The position numbers and the translations under genes were made by a program. From an uncultured Planctomycetaceae bacterium (GTDB taxonomy: Bacteria; Planctomycetota; Planctomycetia; Isosphaerales; Isosphaeraceae): 64,000 nt of DNA. Below the pieces are notes generated by a model. The model was given only the letters and a program-made list of their open reading frames with translations, had not been told where the DNA came from and did no database searches. Location of the stretch: NCBI GenBank assembly GCA_963833985.1, contig CAWIAD010000001.1:1920001-1984000 (forward strand), given 5' to 3'. This document shows, piece by piece, positions 1-11,340 of this stretch. Numbering within the stretch: position 1 is the first letter of the stretch; each line of letters opens with the position of its first letter.

Positions 1-2208
<2,208 letters not shown>

Positions 2209-2541
2209 TCGTCAACTCCGATCCGGCAATCTCACAAGCACCATCAATGATCGATTCGGCGCATGACCTGTCACTACACGCTCATTGCATTCTATGCGCT
2301 CGATCGGCAGATATCGAAAGATTCCAGGCCACGAGCCATCCAGTTCTCGCCACGAAGTCCTACGCCTGGATGAGGAAATCTATTGCTACCAGCAAAACGT
2401 TTTCCCGCCCGGCCTGCAAGCCCACTCGGCTCATGCGATAATCATTCGCCCCGAATTCGCAAAGACAAGGGCCCGCCCGGAAATGCAGCCGCGGCAGACG
2501 AGACCGACCCAGGTGCCGCAGCGCCAGGGCGGGAACGTCGC

Positions 2542-3066
2542 TCAGGTCGCGTCCAGAAGCTTGAGTGCTTGCTCGATCTCCCACCGCCACCGGGCGCCGG
2601 ACTCCAGCTCCAGGCACTGCCGGAAGGCCCGCCGCGCCAGCGCCGGCTGGCGCAAACGAGCATGCAGCGTTCCCAGTTGCAACAACGCGTCCGCGTCGTT
2701 CTCGTCGATCGTCAGGATCTGCTCGAGCCGCTTCCGAGCGTCGTTCCAGCGGCCTTGCAGATACGCCTCCTGAGCATCGCGGAAGAGCCGGTCAATCTGC
2801 TGGCGAAACCGCTCGGGATGGCACAGCCAGACCCACCAGACCGTGTAACCCAGACTGGCGGCCCACGTCATCGCGGCCAGTAACCCGAAGCCACCAGCCC
2901 AGCCGGCCCCGAACGCCTCGGTCCAGACCCACCGGGCCACGATGGCCAGCTCCAGGGCCGTGGCGAACAAGAAGCCCAGAATGAGCCCGAGAACCTCTTG
3001 CCCGGTCCAGATCTGAGCCAGGCCAGGCCAGATGGCCAGTACGCCAATCCATGCACGCCTTGGCAT
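2542..3066 (-). CDS. Membrane-anchored tetratricopeptide-repeat protein
   Basis: N-terminal hydrophobic segments (WPGLAQIWTGQEVLGLILGFLF), then TPR-like helices (AYLQGRWNDARKRLEQIL...DADALLQLG). Confidence 0.75.
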   Translation of the reverse strand: MPRRAWIGVLAIWPGLAQIWTGQEVLGLILGFLFATALELAIVARWVWTEAFGAGWAGGFGLLAAMTWAASLGYTVWWVWLCHPERFRQQIDRLFRDAQEAYLQGRWNDARKRLEQILTIDENDADALLQLGTLHARLRQPALARRAFRQCLELESGARWRWEIEQALKLLDAT

Positions 3067-3157
3067 GCCCTTTCCCCTCTGAACCGAGCAATTCCAGGAG
3101 CACGAGGTAATGCGTGGTTCCAAGCATGAAGTGTGCCGGGTGGCGGGACCTTGCCAG

Positions 3158-4504
3158 CTAGCGCAGCAGCTTGTCGCGCAACTGCCGGCTCAAGGCTTTG
3201 AGCCGGTCGCGGTTGTCGGGCCTGATCAGCTGCTCCAGGGGCACACCGCGAGCCGTCGCGGAGGAAGCGGCGGTGACACTGACCCGGTCCACGGTTCCGG
3301 ACAATCGCAGAAACGCCAGGGAATCGAGGTCGAGGTCCAGGTCGTTGACGAACCTGCGTGCCTGCTCCGGGATGCGCTGGGCCAGGCCCGCGAGCCGCAC
3401 GCGGTAGTCGAGCCGGCCGTCAAAGTCGGTCCAGCCCGCGACCTCGACGGGAACCCGCCCGGCCGTGAGCGTGAGGTGGTCCGTGCGGATCCGACCCTCT
3501 TCGACCACGAAGTCAGACCGGATGGAGGCGAACCTGTCACCAGCCGGCAGCGCCGCCAGCCTGGCGACCTCCGCAAGCAGCGGGGACCCGCCCAGTTGTA
3601 CGGGGTCGAGCACGACCTTGCCCCGCCCGACGAGTGATTCCTTCAGAAGGTCCGGGCGAAAGCCCCGGCCTCGGAGATAAACGTCCAGGTTCATCCGCCC
3701 CTGGAGCTCGCCACTGCTGCCGGCGAGCACCGGCACCAGGTAGCGGAGCAGCTTCATCTCCGGCTCGAGCGCGACATCGGAAGCTCGAAACTCGCCCTCG
3801 AAGCTGGGTTGAGCGCCGAAGCGGTCGAGACGGCCCGCGAACTGGAACGAGCCGTCCATGAGGCGCCCGGAGAGCGTTGCGGCAAAGGAGCCCTGGCGTT
3901 CGCACCTGGCGTCTCCTTCGACGTCCTCGAAGACGAGCTGCGTGTTGCTGGGCCGGTCCGTGACCAGCACGCGGGAGCCGTGCAGAGTGACCTGAAGCCG
4001 GCACGTCTTCTCTGGACGAGTGCCTGCCTCCGAGGATGACGACTTGCCGCGGTCCAGGCGGACCAGGTCCGCCAGCTCCAGCGACCCATCGTCCCGGCGC
4101 AGCACGCGCAGCGTGGCGGCCTCAACCGTCACGTTGGCTGGCTCGCAGTGGCCCCAGAGGAGCTCCCAGGGGCTGACATCCATCTGGAGCCGCCGCACAT
4201 CCAGCCACGGATCGCCCACCGAACCAGGCGCGCCGATCTTCAGACCGCGGAGCGTGATCCCGCCATTCAGGCAGACGTCCAGCCCGTCAATCTGCACGCG
4301 CCGGCCGCTGGCTCGCTCGATCCTGGTGGTCAGGTGTGACCGCGCCCAGTTCGTTGGTGCCACCAGGACGATCAGGAGCCAGAGGAGCGGGGGTGTGAGC
4401 ACGAAGCCCAGGGGAACGGCCATCCCCAGCCAGCAGATCCGGCGTCCTTTCACGGGAATCCCTCCGCTGATTTCGCGGATCAGGCGATAGGTCCGGGCCG
4501 ACAT
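3158..4504 (-). CDS. AsmA-family protein
   Basis: N-terminal TM helix, 'IERASGRRVQIDGL', C-terminal 'GWTDFDGRLDY' AsmA-like region. Confidence 0.7.
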   Translation of the reverse strand: MSARTYRLIREISGGIPVKGRRICWLGMAVPLGFVLTPPLLWLLIVLVAPTNWARSHLTTRIERASGRRVQIDGLDVCLNGGITLRGLKIGAPGSVGDPWLDVRRLQMDVSPWELLWGHCEPANVTVEAATLRVLRRDDGSLELADLVRLDRGKSSSSEAGTRPEKTCRLQVTLHGSRVLVTDRPSNTQLVFEDVEGDARCERQGSFAATLSGRLMDGSFQFAGRLDRFGAQPSFEGEFRASDVALEPEMKLLRYLVPVLAGSSGELQGRMNLDVYLRGRGFRPDLLKESLVGRGKVVLDPVQLGGSPLLAEVARLAALPAGDRFASIRSDFVVEEGRIRTDHLTLTAGRVPVEVAGWTDFDGRLDYRVRLAGLAQRIPEQARRFVNDLDLDLDSLAFLRLSGTVDRVSVTAASSATARGVPLEQLIRPDNRDRLKALSRQLRDKLLR

Positions 4505-4730
4505 GGCCCACGCTCAGAGCCGGCCCACGCCGTGCGCGTGGTCCTTTGCGTTCTTCGTGCGCGAACCATACTCCGGCAAGCGGAATTGGGCAAGGACAGC
4601 TTCCCCCTCATCCAGCGCCGGCTGCCTCGTCTTCGCGCACGCACCCGCCGCTGGCCGCAACGTGCTGCACCGTGGTCGCCGGCCGCTTGTTCCATCGTGC
4701 CAGCAATCCTGCATGGCGCGCCAGCGCCCT

Positions 4731-4914
4731 GGAGTCCGCGGCGCATGGCCACGCGCGTCAGCGCCTCGGAGTCCGCGGCGCATGGCCACGCGCGTCAGCG
4801 CCCTGGTCTCCAGGGCGTATGGCCACGTGCGCCAGCGCTTTGGAGTTCGCGGCGGATGGCCGCGTGCGCCAGCGCCATGGACTCTGCGGCGCATGGCCAC
4901 GTGCGTCAGCACGT
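4731..4914. repeat. Tandem array of five ~37-bp degenerate repeats (consensus GGAGTCCGCGGCGCATGGCCACGYGCGYCAGCGCCCT)
   Basis: Units start at 4731, 4768, 4805, 4842 and 4879; head-to-tail with no spacers. Confidence 0.9.
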
Positions 4915-5319
4915 GGTTTTCACGGGCGCAGCCTCCAACCTCGGGCGTGAGCCCGACCAGGATCCAGCTTCAGCCCCACCAGCTTGTTTCGTTCGCTCAT
5001 CACACACCCCACCAGCCATGGAGAGCCGCCCGGCGAGAACCCCTGTTCCAGCCCCGCGGTGCGCTGCGAGCACCGCACGCTGCCGGTCGGTATGAAGAGA
5101 TGCTCCGATCCGGTATGCTGGAGTCGGTCATCACGGCCGGTGGGGCGCTCGCCCCGGTCGGCGTGATCGAGAGCGCGTTCCAGGCTCTCCGCCAGGGGAA
5201 CTGGCCTCGAATACAACAGGTAGGGTCGCAACGAGAATCCGGCGGTTCAGTGCGGATGTAAGCCTGTTAATCTTCGTTTTGATGACACCACCTTCCATGA
5301 TACAGAGGAGGTTTTTCAC

Positions 5320-5472
5320 ATGCTCTTTGCCTATGTTGGTCCCGAGACGATGCTTCCAGTGGCCTCGATCGTGGCGGGGGCTGTCGGAGTTTTATTGATG
5401 TTCGGGCGTAATGTGATGATGATCGGGCGCAGGATGGTCCGGAACGTCCGCGCGCTGGCAAGCCGCAAATGA
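5320..5472 (+). CDS. Small (50 aa) single-TM protein MLFAYVGPETMLPVASIVAGAVGVLLMFGRNVMMIGRRMVRNVRALASRK
   Basis: Strong SD (GAGGAGG) upstream of the ATG, hydrophobic core and basic tail. Shorter than any entry in the ORF track. Confidence 0.75.
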   Translation: MLFAYVGPETMLPVASIVAGAVGVLLMFGRNVMMIGRRMVRNVRALASRK

Positions 5473-5802
5473 ATCTCCATTGCCTGGCAATCGAGGCCGC
5501 CGCTCGCTTCCACGGCTCAAGACCGCCATCTTCGCCTTGATGAATCGCTCGGTCCGCTGGTCGCGGCCACACCCGGACACCCGGAAACGATCCCATCGGG
5601 GTTACCTGCCCGTCAGGCTGTTTCCCGCCTTGCTGAGCATCTCCGACGAGAGCTTCGGGTCGTCGACAATCCGCCCCACCGTCACCGCACCGATCCGCGC
5701 CCAGGCCGTAACGGGGCACGGCGTCTCGCGTCCCGCGCGGGCCGCAAGCAAACAAGCAAGCAGCGCCGCGGCACTCCGGCGCACGTGCTTCAAGGCTCTT
5801 GC

Positions 5803-8130
5803 TCAGCTCCAGGGCACAGAGGGGAAGCCCGCGCTCGCCAGGAAGGATTGCAGCTTGCTCAGGTCCACGGGTTTGACCAGGTGGGCGTCAAACCCGGCCT
5901 CCCGCGATTGACGTCGGTCTTCCTCCTGCCCATAGCCGGTCATGGCCACGAGCAGCAACGTCTCGCGTGCGTGCTGCCCGCGCAGGCGGCGCGCCACTTC
6001 ATGCCCGTCCATGCCAGGCAGGCCGATGTCGATGAAGACGATTTCCGGCCGGTGCCGCTCGACGGCCTCGATCGCCTCCGGGCCGTCATGGGCGACGTTC
6101 ACCTCATGCCGTTGCAGTTGCAGGAGCATGGCCAGGCTCACCGCGGAGTCCACGTTGTCATCCGCGATCAACACCCGGCGATGTGGGGCCGGGGGAATGT
6201 GTCGTTCCCCCCCGCACGGCTCGCCGGTCGGCACCGCCAAGGTTTCTGCCTCCGGCAAGGCTGGGAGATGGACGACGAACTCGCTGCCGCGGCCCGGTCC
6301 CTGGCTCGCCGCGGTCACGGTGCCGCCGTGCATCTCCACGAGGCTCCGCACGAGCGTGAGCCCGATGCCCAGGCCGCCTTCGGCCCGGTCAGGGCCTCGC
6401 TCCGACTGGACGAACAGGTCGAAGATCCGGGGCAGCAGGTCGGGCCGAATGCCGGTGCCACTGTCGCGGACGCGCAGCACGGCACGATCGTTTTCGCGCC
6501 CGGCCGTCAGCCAGATCCGGCCCCCGGTATCGGTGTACTTCGCCGCGTTGGTCAGCAGGTTGCCGAGGATCTGGACCAGCCGGGTAAGGTCCCCTTCCAG
6601 CTGGATTGGCCGGGAATGCACGGTCAGAATCAGCTCGTGCTTCCGTACGTCGATGAGCGGCCGAGCGTTCTCGATGGCCCTGATGATGACCGTGGCCAGG
6701 CTGACCTGCTCCTTCCGCAACTGGACCTTGCCGCGGCTGACCCGGGAAACGTCCAGCAGGTCGTCCACCAGCCGGGTCATGTGCTGCACCTGGCGGTCGA
6801 TCATCTCTCCCGCCTGCTCCACGGCCGGTCTCTGGCTCCCGGCCAGGCGGATGATCTGTACCGCGTTGCGGATCGGCGAGAGGGGGTTGCGCAGCTCGTG
6901 GGCCAGCATCGCCAGGAACTCGTCCTTATGCCGGCTCTCTTCCCCGAGTTCCTCGGCCCGCTGCCGCAGGACCTCCGCCAGCCGCTTGCGCTCCGTGATG
7001 TCCATCGACACCCCACAGATGGCGTAGGGAGTACCGAGCGCGTCCAGGAACGGGACCTTGACCGAGAGGTAAACGTGGATTTCCTCGCCGTGCGGCACGA
7101 ATTCCTCGAATTCCAGGGGGGTTCGCGCGGCCAGGACCTTGCGGTTGTTCTCGCGGTGGGCGGCCGCGATCGGCTCGGGAAAGACTTCCTCCAGCGGCTT
7201 GCCGGCAATCTCTTCGCTGGAAACGTGAAAAACGGTCTGAAATCGTTGGTTTACAAGCACGAAGCGGCTCTCTGTATCCAGCACGTAGATGGACGTGGGG
7301 GTGTTATCGAAGACCGCCCGGAACCGTCCTTCGCTCTCGCGCTGTGCTTTCTCCGCCAGCCGGCGCTCGGTCACGTCGCGAAAGACCAGCACCACTCCCA
7401 GGAAGGCTTTCTCGGCGTCGCGGATCGGCGCGGCCGTGTCGTCGATGGGCCGCCGGGTCCCGTCTCGGGCGACGAGGATCGTGTGGTCCGCCAGGCCGAC
7501 GGTGACGCCCTCGCGGATCACGCGGCCCGCGGGGTTCTCGGCCGGCTCACCCGTGGAGGCGTTGACAACGCGGAACACGTCATCCAGGGGCTTTCCGACC
7601 GCCTCCTCCTCGGGCCAGCCGGTGAGGGCCTGCGCAACGGGGTTGATGAAAGTCACTCGACCCAGGGGGTCCGTGGCGATCACCCCATCGCCGATACTGC
7701 TCAGGGTGACGCGCAGCAGCTCCCATTGCTCGCGGGTCCGGCGCTCGGCCGCGCGCATATGTAGCAAGGACTGCACGTTGGCCAGCAGCTCGAGCGGTTC
7801 CACCGGGTATGTCAGGTACCCATCCGCGCCCCCCTCGGGCCCGCGCACCCGGTTCTCCGTCTCGGAGAAGCTGGCCGACAGATGGAGCACGGGAATCGAG
7901 GACGTGAGGGGGTCCGCTTTGATCTTCTGGCAGACCTCGTAGCCGCTCAGGTCGGGCAGGCCGATGTCAAGGATGACGAGATCCGGCTTCTCCGCCGCCT
8001 GGCGCAGGGCGTCCGTCCCGGTGGTCGCCTCCTTGACGTCATACCGTGCCTTCTGCAACATCCGGGTGATGGTGTACCGGGACCCCGGCTGGTCATCGAC
8101 CACCAGGATGGTAAGCGACTTGCTGGACAC
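5803..8130 (-). CDS. Hybrid sensor histidine kinase (REC-PAS-PAS-HisKA-HATPase-REC)
   Basis: ILVVDD receiver, two PAS domains, H-box FLAMLAHELRNPL, N-box NLLTNAAKYT, G-boxes GLGIGL, C-terminal receiver. Confidence 0.95.
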   Translation of the reverse strand: MSSKSLTILVVDDQPGSRYTITRMLQKARYDVKEATTGTDALRQAAEKPDLVILDIGLPDLSGYEVCQKIKADPLTSSIPVLHLSASFSETENRVRGPEGGADGYLTYPVEPLELLANVQSLLHMRAAERRTREQWELLRVTLSSIGDGVIATDPLGRVTFINPVAQALTGWPEEEAVGKPLDDVFRVVNASTGEPAENPAGRVIREGVTVGLADHTILVARDGTRRPIDDTAAPIRDAEKAFLGVVLVFRDVTERRLAEKAQRESEGRFRAVFDNTPTSIYVLDTESRFVLVNQRFQTVFHVSSEEIAGKPLEEVFPEPIAAAHRENNRKVLAARTPLEFEEFVPHGEEIHVYLSVKVPFLDALGTPYAICGVSMDITERKRLAEVLRQRAEELGEESRHKDEFLAMLAHELRNPLSPIRNAVQIIRLAGSQRPAVEQAGEMIDRQVQHMTRLVDDLLDVSRVSRGKVQLRKEQVSLATVIIRAIENARPLIDVRKHELILTVHSRPIQLEGDLTRLVQILGNLLTNAAKYTDTGGRIWLTAGRENDRAVLRVRDSGTGIRPDLLPRIFDLFVQSERGPDRAEGGLGIGLTLVRSLVEMHGGTVTAASQGPGRGSEFVVHLPALPEAETLAVPTGEPCGGERHIPPAPHRRVLIADDNVDSAVSLAMLLQLQRHEVNVAHDGPEAIEAVERHRPEIVFIDIGLPGMDGHEVARRLRGQHARETLLLVAMTGYGQEEDRRQSREAGFDAHLVKPVDLSKLQSFLASAGFPSVPWS

Positions 8131-8135
8131 GCCTA

Positions 8136-9368
8136 GTTGTCTCCGGACATAAGTAATGCCTGAAATTCATCGAGCGTGTTCAGCGAACCATCGGCGCATT
8201 TTTTGATTCGTCCACGTCCATTCGACAGGATGGGCGTAGCGCTTGTTGTACTCCGGCCACGAGGTGGCAATATGGGCGATGAACTCCTCCCGATTACTCC
8301 ACGACTCTCGTCTCAAGTAGTGGTATCCGAAGGCGTTGTTGAGGATCTCGGCCTCGTCAAGCCAGGACGCATGGGCCGGCGTGAACCGGGGACGCCACCA
8401 CCCGCGACAGGACCGCAGATACTCTTGCGTGAGTTTTGCCGTGTGGCTGGGTCGCCGTCGTGAACCAGGTACACGCCGCGAAGGTGATGATGACGACTGC
8501 GGAACCTCTTCAATTCTTCGATATAGTGCATCGCGTCCTTCGTCTCGATGCACGTCGCTTCCATCAGACCGCTGTGAACGATCAGGAAGTTCAGAATGTT
8601 GACCGTTCCATGACGAGTGTACTCGAACTCTCGCTGCTCGATCGAGCCGGGGATCGCACGACGAATCGGGTGGCGTTCGAGAACCTGATGGTTGGGTATC
8701 TCATCGGCGCAGATGACGCAATAGCCCTGTTTGGCGAGGCGGTCAGCATTGGCGTAGCACCAGAGGACCTTTTCAGCCCGTTGCTTGAACTGGGCATCCA
8801 GGCGAGCCGTCCTCCAGTAGCGAGTCCGGTGAGGTTGCAAGTCGACCTCGTGCAAGATCCGGCGGACCGTCCGCTCGCTGATAAACGGCACAATACCGTT
8901 GGCGACGGCCTGTCGAGCCAGGTCCTGGCTCGTCCAGTGGGTAATGTGCAGACCCTCGGCCACGGGCTCCAAGCAGGCCAGCTCGACGATCTGAGCACGT
9001 TGCAGGGGGGGAAATCGCAATCGGACGTCCCGACCGCGTGGGTGGGTCCAGGAGGCAAGATAACCCCAGGTGTTCGTAACGGCGGCAGGTGCGACGCACG
9101 GTGGATTCGTCACATTGAGTCAAGAAGGCCACGAGTTGGGTCCGGGCCCCATGAGCGATCCCCAAGAGGATACGGGCACGCCGGACTTGATACCAAGGCC
9201 GGACCTGGCTGTTTGCGATCTGTTGAAGCAGCGGTAGATCGGCAGGAGCAATCTCGATCGGACGCGGTTTTCGGCCACGCATGGGCTAAACTCCTTGCTG
9301 AAAGAGGACTCGTCTTCCAGCATAGCAGTGGCCCTCCAATTTCGGGCATTACTTATGGCCAGGGACAG
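8136..9368 (-). mobile_element. IS630-family insertion sequence
   Basis: Imperfect ~32-bp terminal inverted repeats (GTTGTCTCCGGACATAAGTAATGCCTGAAATT / AATTTCGGGCATTACTTATGGCCAGGGACAG), flanked by TA at 8134-8135 and 9369-9370. Confidence 0.9.
8167..9282 (-). CDS. IS630-family transposase, split over three frames
   Basis: HTH ORF (RRARILL...RSGRP), then a likely -1 slip at TTTCCCCCCC (~9005-9014) into the DDE ORF (WTSQDLA, ICADE, EYTRHGT, HDGDP, FTPAHASWLDEAE). A second 1-bp break lies near 8450. Confidence 0.88.
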
Positions 9369-9418
9369 TAGGGCGGGTTGAACCCGCCAGGGGAACTGGT
9401 GGGTTTCACCCGCCCTAC
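9368..9418. repeat. GTAG-type REP doublet (inverted pair)
   Basis: GTAGGGCGGGTTGAACCCGCC...GGTGGGTTTCACCCGCCCTAC. Confidence 0.8.
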
Positions 9419-9439
9419 GAATGCAATCATGTTCGCGCA

Positions 9440-9587
9440 TTCGCGTGCAAGGCCGGCGCCGCAGCGCCGGCGACGCATCGGCCAGGGCCGCGTCGGGCAC
9501 CAAGAACGAGTCTTCCAACAGTTTCTCGTCGTCCTTGAACAGGTCCGGGAACCGCCGGCCCGGCAGAAACGTCACGGCGAAGACCAC
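9440..9587 (-). pseudogene. Orphan 3' fragment of a TIGR03032-family gene
   Basis: Encodes VFAVTFLPGRRFPDLFKDDEKLLEDSFLVPDAALADASPALR, matching VFAVTVLPGRRFPELINDDEQLLENSFTVPDATLADVSAALR at 11413-11539. Confidence 0.85.
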
Positions 9588-9632
9588 CAGACACGCGGTC
9601 TGGGTCAGTGAATCTGCCGGGCCGGGGAAATC

Positions 9633-11297
9633 TCACGTGCCGATGAAGATGTTGTTGGAGCCGGTCGTGGCCTTGTTGCCCTTCACGTTCGTGTTCGCGA
9701 GAGTCAAGGTGGTGTCGAAGGCGTAAATCCCTCCGCCCTCGCCATCCACGGAGCCGTTGGCCTGGTTCCCGTTGATGTTGGAATTCTCCACGTCCACCGT
9801 GCTGTTGAGGGCATAGATCCCGCCCCCGTAGGCATCTACGCCGTTGGCCTGGTTGGCGTTCACGTTGTCATTGTTCAGCGAGAGGGTAGTGTTTTCACAG
9901 TCGATCCCGCCGCCCAGGGCGGTCCCGGTCGAGTTGACCCGGTTGCTATTGATGTTGGAATTGGTGATCGTCGCGCTGCCGCCGGTCGTGCAGATGCCGC
10001 CGCCCGCGTAGGTCGCCGTGTTCTTGTTGATGGTGCTGGACGCGACATTCAGCGTGGCCGTGCCACCCGTGCTATACAGGCCGCCACCGTCGTTGTTGGC
10101 GGAGTTGCCGGTGATGGTGCAGTTGGTCAGCGTGGCTGTGCCGTAGAAGTTGAACACGCCGCCGCCGTCGCCGGCGGAGTTGCCGCTGATGGTGCAACTT
10201 TCCAGCGTGCTCATGCAGCCGTAGCCGTTGTACACGCCACCACCGGAGTTGCCGCTGATGTTGCAGTTGGTCAGCGTGGCCGTGCCACCGGATACGCCCA
10301 CGCCGGTGCCGGCGTTGCCGCTCACGGTGCAGTTGGTCAGCGTGGTCGTCCCGCTAGGGTTCGCCAGACCGCCGTTGGCGTTGCCGCGGATGTTGCAGTT
10401 AATCAGCGTGGCCGTGCCGTAGTTTTCCACGCCGCCGGCGCTGATTACGGAGGCGTTGCCGCTGATGGTACATTTGTTCAGAATGACCGTGCCGCTGTTG
10501 AACAGGCCGCCGCTGGCGAATCTGTCGTAGTTGCCGGTGATGGTGCAGTTGGTCAGCGTGGCCATGCCAGGGCCTACGCCCACGCCCACGCCGGCGTTGC
10601 CGCTGACGGTGCAGTTGGTCAGCGTGGCCGTGCCACCGCGGATGTCCACACCCTCGCCGCTGCCGTAACTGGTGGTAGTGCCGTTGAAGGTACAGTTGGT
10701 CAGCGTGGCCGTCCCGTCGCTTGACACGCCGGCGCCGACGTTGCCGCTGACGGTGCAGTTGGTCAGCGTGGCCGTGCCGGTGTAAGTGTTGAATACGCCG
10801 CCGCCGCGGAAGGCGGCCGAGTTGCCGGTGATGGTGCAGTTGGTCAGTATGGTCGTGCCGCTGTTGTACAGGCCGCCGCCATAGGAGAAGCCGACGCTGC
10901 CGCCGGTGATCGTCATGCCCGAGATCGATGCGGTGACAGCGCCGTCGACCTGCAACACCCGGCTGTTCCCGCCGGCGTTGACGGTCACGCCCTTGTTCGG
11001 GCCCACGATCGTCTCCGTCCCGGTCGTGTCACTCAGCTCGAGCTGGCCACTGGTCAGGGAGATCGTCTGCGGCGTCTTGAATACCTTCTTGTCAAAAACG
11101 ATCGTCTCAGGGCCCCCGGCGGAATTCGCCTGGGTGATGCAATAGCGCAAATCGCCGACCAGACCGCTGCCTGTACCGCTGTCGCCGATGCTGTTGACGG
11201 TGTACGTCGACAGCAGTTGGCGGCCCTCGAGCGCCATCAAATTCGGCCGCAGACGCCGCCGGTCCCGTCGCCGATCGCTTGCACTGATTCGAGTCAT
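9633..11297 (-). CDS. Secreted right-handed parallel beta-helix repeat protein with Planctomycete extracellular N-terminal motif
   Basis: RRRLRPNLMALEGRQLLS motif, GDLRYCITQAN, many GTATLTNCTISGN / GGG repeats. Confidence 0.88.
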   Translation of the reverse strand: MTRISASDRRRDRRRLRPNLMALEGRQLLSTYTVNSIGDSGTGSGLVGDLRYCITQANSAGGPETIVFDKKVFKTPQTISLTSGQLELSDTTGTETIVGPNKGVTVNAGGNSRVLQVDGAVTASISGMTITGGSVGFSYGGGLYNSGTTILTNCTITGNSAAFRGGGVFNTYTGTATLTNCTVSGNVGAGVSSDGTATLTNCTFNGTTTSYGSGEGVDIRGGTATLTNCTVSGNAGVGVGVGPGMATLTNCTITGNYDRFASGGLFNSGTVILNKCTISGNASVISAGGVENYGTATLINCNIRGNANGGLANPSGTTTLTNCTVSGNAGTGVGVSGGTATLTNCNISGNSGGGVYNGYGCMSTLESCTISGNSAGDGGGVFNFYGTATLTNCTITGNSANNDGGGLYSTGGTATLNVASSTINKNTATYAGGGICTTGGSATITNSNINSNRVNSTGTALGGGIDCENTTLSLNNDNVNANQANGVDAYGGGIYALNSTVDVENSNINGNQANGSVDGEGGGIYAFDTTLTLANTNVKGNKATTGSNNIFIGT

Positions 11298-11340
11298 CGT
11301 TGTCTCGCTCCCCTGGTGAGAAAACACCGGTTTCAGATCG

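Noticed and set aside
4731..4914. 37-bp repeats as a CRISPR array
   Set aside because: No spacers, degenerate units, and no cas genes.
5480..5800. Possible signal-peptide ORF remnant downstream of the hybrid kinase
   Set aside because: Short, interrupted, and no recognisable family.
10100..10870. Regularly spaced GCAGTTGGTCAGCGTGGCC repeats resembling a CRISPR array
   Set aside because: In-frame coding repeats (TATLTNC) of the beta-helix protein; no cas genes in the window.
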